Shown here one piece after another: positions 1 through 12,584 of a stretch of 64,000 nucleotides of DNA. Both the position numbers and the translations under genes were made by a program. The notes below the pieces were generated by a model. It saw only the letters and a list, made by a program, of their open reading frames with translations, was not told where the DNA came from and searched no databases. Numbering within the stretch: position 1 is the first letter of the stretch; each line of letters opens with the position of its first letter. This DNA comes from Dipteris shenzhenensis. Its lineage: Eukaryota. Location: NCBI GenBank assembly GCA_047967505.1, contig CM106538.1; one strand, 5' to 3'.

Positions 1-1620
1 ATTTTTATGTGTCTCATGGTCATGAAACTTTGCAAAGTTATTCAATTGAAATAATCCCTTATACTCACAAAGTTTCATTGGGACATGCACATTTCTCATT
101 TTCAATCTTGCATAGTGCATAACTGCCAAAAAGATTGAGATTCATATGCTCACATACCATATCTCTATGTGTTTGAGAGTGATGAAACTTTGAAAAGACA
201 TTAAAATAAAATATTCTATTATATTCACAAAGTTTCATAAGCATTCTCATTCTTTATTGTGCATGTTACACAACTAAAAAAACTGGTGCGTTAGTAAATC
301 ATATCTCTTTATGTCTAATGGTTAAGAACTATGAAAAACCTTACTAAATTTTTTTAAATAAGAATAGGACATGACTTGTATGGAGGTACAAGTACATTTC
401 CTAAATTTTATACCATGCATGGTACATAACTTTCAAAAAAGTGTGCATCAGTATGCATATACCAGATCTCTATGTGCTCAATGGTCTTCTCATTTTTGGC
501 CATGCATGTTGTATACTTGCAAAAAAAATTTGCATGGGTATGATTATACCATTCCTCAATGTCTCCAATGGCCATGAAACTTTGCAAAAACATTTAAATA
601 AAATAGGAAATTATAGTCACAAATTTCCATAAGATTGGTAATTTCTTGTATGGGGGGGAGACATGCATATTTTCTCATCTTCGACCATGCATGGTGCATA
701 ATTATCAAAAAATTATGCATAAGTATGCTTAAACACCATACTTTCATGTGCCCCATGATCATCAAAATTTGCACAAATTCTAAAATGTGATAGTTCCTTA
801 GAATTTCAAAATTTACAAGGATAGAATAGTACTTATATAGTGGGACATGCACATTTTGTCATTCTTGACCATGCATGGTGCATAATTGCCAAGAAATTGT
901 GCATCGATATGATTATATCATAACTCTATTTATCCGATAGTCATGGAATTTTAGAAATACCTTCAAACAAAATAGCACCTTATACTTGCAACATTCCATA
1001 AGCATTGAACATGACTTGTATGGTGGGACATGCACATCTCCTCATTTTCGATCATGCATGATACATAACTGCAAAAATAGTGCATCCATATGCTTATGCC
1101 ATAAACCTATGTATTTGATGGTCATGAAGCTTTGCAATGAACTTTAAAATGGTAAGTCACTTATCTTCACAAAGTCTCACCAGAATGATTCATCTTTTGC
1201 GTGATGCAACATATATGTTTTCTCATTTTTGACCATACATGGCACACTAATGGCAAAAATTTGTGCATCAGTATGCTTATATTATACCTCTATGTATTGG
1301 ATGATGATGAAATTTTGCAAAGCCCTTGAACTAAAACATTTCCTTATACTCAAAAATTTCATAAGGATCAGACATATGGGACATGCATATGTTTTAAATT
1401 TCGACCATGCATGGTGCATAATTGTCAAATAAATTACACCGATATTTATATCATACTTGTATGTATCTTATGGTCATGAAACTTTGAATAGTATCTTATA
1501 TTTGTAAATTTTTATGAGCATCGAACATAACTTGTATGGTGGGACATGCACATTTCCTCACTTTTGACCATGGATTGCATATAATTGCCAAATAATTAAG
1601 GATTGATATGCTTATACTAT
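1..1620. repeat. Degenerate AT-rich tandem repeat (satellite-like), unit ~160-190 bp, ~9 copies, runs off the left edge
   Basis: Motifs GGGACATGCACATTT, GACCATGCATGGTGCATAA and ATGGTCATGAAACTTTG recur, with GGGACATGCA-type anchors near 80, 655, 840, 1022, 1203, 1377 and 1538. Spacing is mostly ~180 bp. Confidence 0.8.
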
Positions 1621-1624
1621 ACCT

Positions 1625-4600
1625 ATATATTTTTATAAGAAAACAATACAGCGTCTGTGCTCAACAAATAACAGGATCTCATATGCAAGAGAGAAAAGCA
1701 GATAGTATGGAGAATAAAAAATTTGATTACTGTAAAACTGATACAATAGATGGCACTGCCTCCCAGCCGTGTGCTCCTATGTGAGAAGCTTCGATGGCAT
1801 GCTAGAAACAGTAGAGGATGGAGGCTGGATGCTAAGGAATCACGGTTGCTGTAGCCAGTGATGATCGGACTAGAGGTCGGTCCCGAAATAGGCCACCGAC
1901 CACACGATAGAACGGTGGTGCAGAATAGAGCAACTATCCTACAATCTTTGTTCGGCCCAGAGCCATCCAGGATCATCTGGGGCTCCAAATGGGCCTCGCA
2001 ACTCGAGAGTGGCTTGCCTCGGGAAATGCTCCATCTACCCTCAGTGCGGTCAGTCATGGGATGCCTTCCCACACTTGCATGTAGCCTAGTTGGTAGTGTG
2101 CCAACTCTATCTGAAGCCGTCCAGCCATGAGGCCACACATGGCCCCCATCTGGTCTCCAAAATAGGACCTACCGAATAACCGAGCTACTCAAATGCCTTC
2201 TCCTCATATGGGGGGCTTATAAGTAGAGTTAGCTGGTTCCTGCGTAGTTATATGAGAGTGGAGCATTGATATCCAACACCCCCCCTCAATGTCCACCTGC
2301 AAGTGAACTTAGTTTTTTGACCCAATGCCAAGTCGATGAAGATGCCTCTCCAGCAAGTCTCTTCCAAGAGCCTTCGTGAAGATGTTCCCAGCATTCTCTG
2401 TAGTCGGATAGTACACCAAGTCGACTTCTCCATCCATGATGAGCTCGCGTACAAAGTGATATTGAATCTCAATGTGTTTTGTGTGAGCATGGAACACAGG
2501 GTTCTTTGCGATTGCCATGCAACTCTGATTGTCACATGATAACTGCGTAGGCTTGTTTTGCACTACACCCATGTCCCCTAAAATCCTCCTCAACCACACT
2601 GCCTCACAAGAAGCAAAACATGCTAATTTGTACTCAGCCTCGGTAGAAGAAAGAGCAACTGTGGGTTGCTTCTTGCTAACCCATGAACATCTCCAGATCC
2701 AAGTGAGAAATAGTAACCTATCACTGATCCCCTGCTGTCCACGTCTCCTACCCAATCTGACTCACAGAATCCGATCAAGATGTTGCCCTTGGTATACGTG
2801 ATGCCATAATCAAGTGTGCCTTTGATGTATTTCAGCACCCGCATCCCTGCCCTCCACCAATGGTTCTCCTAGGGCATATTGGAAAACCTGCTTAGTACAC
2901 TAGTCACACAACTGATGTTCGGCAGTGTGTTGCACAAGTAAATCAAACTGCCCACAAGCCTTCTGCAAATCACTTCATCCACCAGTGGAGATGAATTTTC
3001 GTCTAAGAGCTTCATGTCAACACTTAGCTATGCCAAATGCCTTTAGTATCTCTCCAGCATACTTCAGCTATGAAATGAAGATCTTTTTTGGCTCTTGCCA
3101 AACTTCAATCCCCAACTAGAAATGCATCAGTCTGAGGTCTACTATTGTTTCAAACTCTCTTCCTAGCAACTGCTTTGTTTGTGAGATCTTTTCTTCATGG
3201 TTCCTTGTTATGACAAGGTGGTCCACATAAAGGACCATGATCATACACCTGCCTCCTTCTCTGTAGATATACAAATTTGAAGAGATGGGCTCCTCATGAA
3301 CCCGTTTTGCAGAAAGTAGGCATCAATCCACTGGTACCATGCTCGTGGGGCCTATTTTGGCCCGTAAAGTGCCTTTTTTAGTTTACAGACTTTACCTTAT
3401 GAACCGGGGATCACAAAACCTAGTGGTTGTTCCACGTGTACCTCCTCCTTGAGATCTCCATTCAAAAAGGTGGATTTCACATCCATCTGAAACACGGGCC
3501 AACTTTCCTATGCTGCTAAATCCAAAACACAGCGAATTGTGGTTAGTCGAGCTGTGGGAACAAAAGTATCTTGATAATTAGAACCATGTACCTGTGCAAA
3601 TCCTTTTGCCATGAGCCGAGCCTTGTACTTATCCAATGTGCCGTCGGACTTGTACTTGGTCCTGTACACCCACTTGGTGCCGATGACCTTGCATTTTGGT
3701 GGTTGATCCACAAGGTCCCAAGTGTTGTTCTTCATTATGGAGCCATACTTTGACTACATAGCCTCCATCCACCTATCATCACCCTGTGCCTCTTCAAGAC
3801 ACTTGGGTTCTTTAGCATGGATCACCTCTGTCATCAAAGCGTAGTTGACCAAGTGTTCTCGCACCCTTCTTTGCTCCTCTATAATCTCTTGGACCGGCAG
3901 TGTTTGGATGGTTCCTCCTCAATGGTTGGAGGTTCTCTGCCATCCAAAAGCTACTTTACCCACTTCGGGAATGGCCGTTGTCGTTGTGGTTCTGCAGGCT
4001 CTTCTTTCTCTTCTTTATCTTGAATCCTCCCAAGCACCATTAGGAGAGTACAGTCTACTATTGGTGGTTGTACTAGATGGATATCCTGGTCCTGGTTGTC
4101 TAGGAAGGAAGCATCCTCCTTTGATTGATGCGGTTGTTCTAAGACCACATCGCATCTTACTATTACCTTCTTGGTAACAGGATTATATAGATGGTGACCC
4201 TTCACCTCTTCACTGTAGCCTAAGAAAATACACTTTCGATACTTCGGTTCCCATTTGGTCCTGTTAGCATCAGGGACATGCACAAAATAGTCACATTAAA
4301 AAACTTTGAAATGTGCAGCTGAAGGTTTCTTACCAGAAAAGGCATGCAGTGGAGTCATGCCATTCACAGCCTTCGTGTAGCTACAATTCAAAATGTAAAC
4401 TGCCGTGTTACATGCTTCAGCCCAGAAAGACTTTGGCAAAATTTTCCCTTTCATCATACTCCTGCCCATTTTGCAGATGACATGCATCTTGCGCTCTACT
4501 ACTCCATTTTGCTGTGGTGTATGTGGCAAGGGTTTTTGCCTCTTGATCCCATGATTTTTGCAGTAACTTTTGAATTCACTTGATGTGAACTCTCCACCTC

Positions 4601-5488
4601 TGTATGATCTCAACTTCTTCACCTTCCTCCCCATTTCTTTCTCGACCATTACATGCCATTCTTTGGACTTACTAAAAGCCTCATCTTTAGTCTTCAGGAA
4701 GTATATCCATATCCTTCTACTGTAGTCATTGATTAGCATCATGAAGTATAGGAACCACCCGTAGCTTCCGTCTACATCTTTCCGCAGAGGTCCATGTGAA
4801 CAAGCTCTAGAGGAGTCTTTGCCCTACTGGCCTCTTTAGGAAAGGGCTGCGATGTTGCTTGCCCATCATGCAAGCTTCACATATATCGGGTAGATCTCTG
4901 ATTTCTGGTAGGTCTGCAATCATTCCACTTTTATGCATCTCCTTTAAAGAACTAAGGTTTAGATGACCAAACCTCTCATGGCACATATTAGTGTTGCTCA
5001 CATTGGCTCAAGCATAGAAAGTTGAGAGTTCGTAGATGCTGTTGTGCCATGTACCTTTATCAATGACCTTCCCTTGAAGATCCAAAATTTGTGCGCCATT
5101 CTTATCGAACTGAACTTTGAGGTCCCAATCCGTGATCGCAGAAACGGACAACAAGTTACTCTTGATATCTGGCACATAAAGTACATCGGACAACTGTTTT
5201 ACAACTCCATCTGACTTGAGAGCAATCATACCTTTTCCTTTTGCTGGACATTTTGCATCATTGCCGATTGCTACTAGGATGTCATTCCCTATTGGATGTA
5301 GAGAGGTATACCAATCCTTCCAACTGGTCATGTGGCGCGATGCACCACTTTCAATAATCCAAGGTTCTTCTGCAGGTACATGAACTGCCTTCATGCAAAT
5401 CTCCTCAATTTCTATGAATAACTCTACTAGTACTGCCTCCGTGCTATTGCTGGACTCTTTCTTTACTCCGTTCTTCTCATCTACAATC
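1625..5488 (-). mobile_element. Ty1/copia retrotransposon A, 5'-truncated and degenerate: 3' LTR ~1625-2278, PPT 2279-2289, RNase H-RT-integrase-protease
   Basis: ORF fragments include RNase H (SKKQPTVALSSTEAEY, HAHTKHIEIQYHFVRE), RT (TWDLVDQPPKCKVIGTKWVY), integrase (PHTPQQNGVVERK), GAG-pre (HERFGHLN) and protease (WIIESGASRHMT). On the minus strand a GAGGGGGG PPT is followed by TGTTGG. The left LTR end is approximate. Confidence 0.9.
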
Positions 5489-5489
5489 G

Positions 5490-8400
5490 TACTTGATACG
5501 AGTTCACCGACTTCGGAAGATCATTAGAAAGGTCCTCAAGGACATTGCTCAAAAGAAGGATGCCAGACCGCACACCCCTTGAAGAAATAGCATGGCGACC
5601 ACAAGAACTGGAAGAAGCTGAAGGTGATGTGCAAGCTCTCCAACTGTTGACATTTTTCATGGCATTCTTGTTTGCCTTGATGAACAACCTCATACAGCGT
5701 CGTGTCTCTAACCCTCGCTTGTAAAGATGGATGTGATATCATGGGGGTTGGTCCTTTTAAGATTGTCTATGTGCTATTTTATGCTGAAGATTCTTCCCGT
5801 GTAGTATTTCACAATACACCAGTCACACCCTACCCTGCCTATGTGTGCTTTGTGGATGTATCTTCACCCGATTTTCAGTTCAAGCTTTCTCTTTCTATTG
5901 TTTGTCCATAGATAAGCCTCGTCGTGTCTCTCTCTTTTCCATCTTCCAAGCATGGCTGACATTCCCGTGTTTTGTGGACGGGTTGAAGGAAATCCAAATG
6001 AGTATCTTGTGGCCTTCAAGCGCCGTTGTGTTTCTCTCAACTTTCTTACTGAAGACAGATGGCTGTTGGTTCTTCCCACATTTCTAGAGGGTTTGGCTCA
6101 AGTGTGGTATGAGAAGTAGGCCGAAGACGTTCACCAAAGCTGGCCAAGTTTGACAGCAATGATGATTGAGTATTTTGGCAAAGAAGAGGAGCCGAAGAAT
6201 GTGTACTTGTAGGTGGCAAACTTGAAGCAGTCAGAAGGTGAGATGGCGTGTCGATATGTGGATTGAGCGGCCATGCTCCTGGACTATTTAATTGCCACAC
6301 AGGAGGACAATGCTGGATTTGGAGCTCGAATGACTCAACATGTGCTGGGCTACCTTGTAGCAGGAGCAAGTGATGAATTCTGCCTCAAGCTTAAATGGGA
6401 GAATCCAGAAACTATGGTGCTAGCACTTGAGATTGCTCAAAAGTTTGATAAAGTTCAGTCTGACCCCGCTTCAAAGAAGACGATTGTCCCTCCGCAACCC
6501 CCTCAATTCTTGCAACAACAACCTGGGGGGTCTAACTTAGGGGCATACCCCCACCCCTCATCAGGGATGTATCCACCGCCTCCACCTCAAATGTATGGTC
6601 CTCCCTTAGGTGCTTACCCTCAACAAGGTGTATATTCTCACCCTCCGCCTCGAAGATTTCCCTAGCCTCGCCCATGAGCCCCCCTCTTTTCTACTCCCTC
6701 GCCCCCTCCAGCTAAAGAGGCCCCCTTGCAATAGAACCTGGAGTCAATGACCTAGCCAAGGCCCTAAATGATCTTCGGCTTGAGATGGTGGGCATCAAAA
6801 ATCAAGCCAATCACCCTCCAAGAGACCGTGATAATGTTGTATGCTACGAGTGCCACCAGAATTATCGCATGGAATGCCCCAATATTCCAAGGGTGAATCT
6901 TCTAAGTGAATTTGGCACTGAGGATTCTGATGTAGAGATCCTTGACCTCGAGAAAAGAAGTCGTACCACCTCGGACCCCTCTCCAAACCATGGGGATTGG
7001 GCCGCCCTAGGAAGAAGGTGTCCTTCTCAGAGCCCTCAGATGTTGAGATGGCAGACCCACCAACCGAGAAGACTAAAAGATCCCGCAGGAGTAAATGGTC
7101 ACCCTTGGATTTTCCCATCAGCTCGAGGCAAGAAGACTATTCGGTCATTCAAGACCTTGCTCATCGTTCTTTGAGCATCACGCTTCCTTAACTAATAGCA
7201 TTAAGCCCTAAGGTGAGACGTGAGCTGCAGCAAGGGCTCTCAACAAGGAGGAACAAGAAAAAGGGAAAGGTAAGAGAGGTATCTTCTATCTCTGAAGAAA
7301 TTGATCAGCACCCACATACAGTTGATGTCATCATAGATAATTGCCATGTCAAAAATGTGTGTGTTGATGGGGGAGCTGCATGTAATATCATGGTGCCCCG
7401 AATCAGGAAGAAATTTAATTTGAAATGTACAAGGCGTTCCTCCACTCGAATCAAGGTAGCAGATGGTCGACGACTCGCCACCCTGGGAGTCATTGAGGAT
7501 TTGCCCATCACTGTCAATGGGTTGACCACCACTATCAATTTCTATGTAGTGGACATTGAAGATACAGGCAGGAGTTACCCAGCCATACTCGAGAGACCAT
7601 GGTTGAGAAAGAGTGATGCAATCAACTATTGGAAGACAGGACATATGTCTTTTGGTGCTTCTAAGGAGAAGATCCCGATGCAACCTGGTGCCACGAAATC
7701 AGAAGAAGAAGAGGAGCAAGACAGTGATACTCTCTCATCCTCGGTGTCTGAATCAATGGAAGAATCAGACGGGGGGGAGGAGTTCTCAGAGGAGGAATTT
7801 TACATGATGGGGGTGTCTCCGACCCTGCCACCTGCAGAAAAGGTAACAGCTAGTCCTCAACAACTTGAATCTATGCTTTCCCTAGACCTCACTCCAAGTG
7901 AGAAAGACAAGTTCCTAGAAATGTTCAAAGATTTCCCTGATCTCTTTGCAACTAGCTACCACCACCTTCGCCATGTGACTGCCATAGAGCACAAGATAGA
8001 GTTGAAGCCTGATGCGAAGCCTGTGGCTCAAAAGTATCGGAGATTAGGACCGCTGCAAACTGATGCTTTGCGCTCGGAGTTGCAGAAGCTTGTAGAAGCT
8101 GGGTTTATTGTTCTAGTTCACAATACTGAATGGGTTTCACCAGTGGTAGTCACCCCAAAGAAAAACAACAAGTGGCGGGTCTGTATCGACTATAAGAAAC
8201 TCAATGCAGCCACCAAGAGGGATCATCATCCTTTACCCTTTCAAGACCTCATTCTTGAGAAGGTAAGTGGTCATGAGATGTATACTTTTTGTGATGGTTA
8301 CTCTGGGTTTTATCAAATCAGAATTGCCGAAGAAGATGTGCTTAAAACCACATTTGCCACACCTTGGGGGACATTTGCATTCAAAGTAATGCCATTTGGC

Positions 8401-10090
8401 ATCACCAATGCTCTTGCTACCTTTCAAAGATTTAAGCAGATGGTGTTTGCTCCTTATTTGGGGGATTTCTTGGAGGTGTTTTTAGATGATTTCTGTGTAT
8501 TCTCGTCACGTAAGGAGCACGTCATGAAGGTTAGATTGGCCTTCCAAAGGGTCAATGATGCGAATGGCAGTCTCAACCCTGAGAAATGCACCATTGGAGC
8601 CACTTAAGGGAGGTTACTAGGACATATTGTCTCATTTGAGGGCAACAAGCCTGACCCCGAGAAGGTAGAAGCCATCCTCAAGCTCTCCCCGCCAACAACC
8701 AAACGTCAGGTACACTCATTTGTCAATCTAGCAGGATACTATCGCCACTTCATTGATCAATATGCTGCTTTGACACAACCCATGACTATGCTATTAAAAG
8801 ATGGGGTTGATTTCTCTTGGGATGAGGATTGTGATCATGGGTTTGCACAAATCAAGAATGCTCTGGCTTCAGAACCCATTCTACGCAATCTAGATTGGTC
8901 AAAGACTTTCTATATCAATCCTGGGTTTGGTGAGCATACTTTGGCAGGTATTCTTCTCTAGCAAGGGGAGGATCGGTTCATGTATCCTGTTCGATTTGCT
9001 TCTCGACAATTGCTTGACACTAAGCGATGCTATTCAGAGGCTGACAAGCATGCCTTGTCTTTGGTGTTTTGCATTGAGAAATTTAAGCATTATGTGGCTG
9101 GAAAGTCCTTCATTATACTCACTAGCACTGGTCTTGCAAAGCAGGTTCTTCAATCACCAAATCCCATGGGTCGGTTGGCCAAATGGCTGGCAGTTCTACA
9201 AGAATATGATTTTTCTTTCAAAATTGTAAAAGGGGGTTGTTCCAACTTGAAGAATGCTTTGATTGATTTAGAGGAGTGCCTTGATGTAACCCTTGTAGCA
9301 GCCATAGAAGTTGGGGATCCATGGTATGGTGGTATCTACAAGTTTCTGATTGCTTTCTCCTTTCCTCCAGAAAGTACTAGCTATGAGAGAAAGAAGATCC
9401 GCAGAGATAGTAGGCGCTACACCCTCCTTGATGGGGTGTTGTATCGTCAAGGCATGGATGGGGTACTAAGATGGGCCATTGATGCAAATGAAGTGCCTAA
9501 GGTATTGAAGCATTATCATGATGGATTTTGTGGAGGCCACTATGCCAGTGACTATACAGCTAAGAAGATTTTACATGCTGGATACTATTGGCCAACCTTG
9601 TTCAAGGATGTCACTTTGTATTACAAAACCTGTGAACCATGCCAATTCTTCGGTAGGAAGGATTTGCATCCTGGGCAACATCACCCAATGATGTCCATCC
9701 ATCCGTTTCAGAAGTGGGCAATAGATTTTGTCGGGCCCTTGCCCATGACTGCCCGCAAAAAGAAGTATCTTTTGGTAGCCACTCAGTATGTCACTAAGTG
9801 GGCTGAAGCTATCGCCCTCCCCACCGCAAATGGTAAGGCAGCTTCAAATTTCATATTTGAACGTATCTACACAAGGTTTGGGACACCCATGGAGATTGTC
9901 TCTGACCATGGGAGTCCATTCTTAAATGAAGAAGTGGAGTTACTCATGGATCGCATGGGTATTGATCATCACACTTCTAACATCTATTATCCAGCATCCA
10001 TGGGTCAAACAGAGTGGACCAATGGCCTCCTTTATAAAACCATGGGAAAAATGGCCATAGGGAACAGGAGCCAGTGGGATTAGAAGGTCA
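5490..10090 (+). mobile_element. Ty3/gypsy (non-chromovirus, Athila/Tat-like) gag-pol, truncated at both ends, with stops and frameshifts
   Basis: Gag from ATG 5952 (MADIPVFCG...FLEGLAQVWYE), zinc knuckle CYECHQ near 6840, protease VDGGAACNIM, RT (WVSPVVVTPKKNNKWRVCIDY, CDGYSGFYQI, FLDDF), RNase H (PVRFASRQL), integrase (GGHY..GYYWP..CEPCQ, PFQKWAIDFVGP, SDHG). Domain order PR-RT-RH-INT. Confidence 0.93.
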
Positions 10091-12584
10091 CTATCCTTCT
10101 CTCGTGCACTTTGGATGTGCGCGGCGCCAGTCATGGAAGGACTGCATGATGAACTATGTGAGGAGGCACACCTCAAGAATTTCATAGAGGTGGACATGTG
10201 AGCCCTCGAACTGTTGCTTCCAATGGTGCATTAGCACACTATCTAGCAACTCCTAAAAGGACTGTAAGTTTGGGCACCAGTGGACATCTTCAGGGGGAGA
10301 AACTGGCAGGGGATGGCAGAGCATCATCATCTGCAAGTGGCATGGGCTCCAACTCTGTAGTATATGTAGGCGTTGATGTGTTAGCTTCTTGTACAAAATT
10401 TGCTGCTTCGTCAAGAAGGTCAACCGGAGCATTGGAGGAGATGGATGGAAGGGCCCATGCTATGTGGTGGTGGTGTTAGAGGCGCTAGACGAGTACTCGG
10501 GTAGTGTTGTCCAAGGGAGGGGAGGGTGGGTGGCTTATTGTGTGGGTAGGGCAACATCTAGAGGAGGCAGTAGTGGAATTTCTACATGGGGGCGGTAGTA
10601 TTAAAGAGGGTGATTGCTTCATTTCCCTCTTCCTCGATGACTTCCTCTGGGTAGGCTACGTGAATTGTTTCAAAATTTCTCACCAAGGGCTCAAGTGAGT
10701 CTTGGAGAGCCTATAGCACCCTATTGAAGAGGATTATTATTCCAAGGGGTGGTAGGTTGTGGACTGGTAGGTGCACAATTGATGTCTGCATGCAGACTTG
10801 CGGGTGTGCAAACCCACGGCGAGAGTTCCTCGGGCTTTGCAAGTTGCATCACTTCATCGTCCATAGGATAATTAAGGGACTCAGTATTCCTCCTCCTATC
10901 ATGTACATGCTTCTCTTCCCCCTCTCCCTTTCTCCTTGTGTCATAGTCTCCCTCTTCATTTCCTCCCCTTCTAATTCCTTTTCCCCTCCCATGATAACGT
11001 TTCGCCCTCACGATCTCCTTTCCTCTATGGCCCTCGAGTGTCGCCATGCTTAGCCTCTAGCCTTTGGTCCTGATTTCTTTTCCGGCTAATACTACAAACT
11101 AGGTAAGACCCACAAAGGGACTCACATGTGAGTTTTTCATAAAATAGAGGATGCTGCAACTAGAAGATAAAGGTGAGAAAGTAGAAAAGATTCAAGATGC
11201 AAGTATGTACCAAGACCAAATTAATTAGGCAAGATAAGTTTACTTGGAGATACCTTGAAAACCATGATAGAAGATGGAGGTACCATCTCTTTGATGCTGG
11301 CTCCCTAAGTATCTTATAAGGAAACTTGGCATGTAATTACAGTTACATAAATGACCAACAATTGCCCTTATAAGGGGTGGGTATCCTTTACTTCGAGACC
11401 TTTTTGGGTGCTTTGGCTCCCCAAAACAAAAGATCAAAGCTTGATGACATGGGGATTAAATATATATTTGTTGTATGGGAAAAGGGAAAGCGTCGCGAGT
11501 AAGTGGGGACAATGGAGTTTATCATGATTGATGGTGGAGAGAAAAACGAGGAATCTGATGCTCCATGGCACTCGCACAAATTTAGACAGAGCTTTCCTAT
11601 TAATAAACATTGGCTGGGGCACCCACGCAAATTTAAGTAGAGTTTTCCTATTAATAAACGTTGGTTGGGGATGGTTGGATGGACTGACGATGTGACATTC
11701 ACGTCTCATGCATGCCCTGGAGATATGCCTACATTGGTGCCTTGAATTTTGTGCACCACCACCGTTCTTTTTGCTCCTTTTACGTCTCTCCTTCTCTTAT
11801 CTCAACTATCGCTCTTTCCAAGCTCCTCTCACCATGGTTCTTTGCAAGCTCGTCTAGAGACAAGGGCGGGAAGGATCAAAGGCTCCTCTCACCATAGTTC
11901 TTTGCAAGCTCCTCCTCGTGCTCTCCTCTTCCTTCGCACAATCACAATCTTTCCCTTTTCTTTATTCAGCATCATGAACTCCCTTCGCTTTTGCTTTTGA
12001 TGCGTTCTGTCGAGCATCGCTCCTCACTCCCTAGACAATGGCAGCACAAGGCAAAGAACGTACAGTGGCACACGATGGAAATCTTGACACAACGCCAAGC
12101 AGCTATGGGAGTCCGTTGATGATTTAGGGATGCAGGCATTGAACGTGCAACCTTTTATTGCCACTAAGCAACGTCAAGGTTGCAAGGACTCTATCGAAGT
12201 TGATCCTCGAGAGCCACAGGAGTGATGTGTAGTTTTTTGAAAATAATGGCCTCTCACCTCTAGTTGTCATGGACATATTCTTTCACGCATACTACATAGT
12301 TAGCTCCACTTCTGTTTACTGTCATTGAAATAGTACTAAAGACTTAAAACTTCAACTATAATCTCAATGAGCACTTAGAAAGAATGGAGATTGCTACCCA
12401 TTTAAAAATAGGAATCGCTACTTCATCTATCTTTTTTCTTTTTCTTTCTTTTTTGGAATAATGTGGGTTTATATTAATATGACAAAGTCAAGTATATACA
12501 TCTTCAAAAAAGTCCATAAGACTTTAAAATCGGGATCTAATCATCTGAAACGGCAACAGTACCATTGACGGTAGCAGTAAAACA

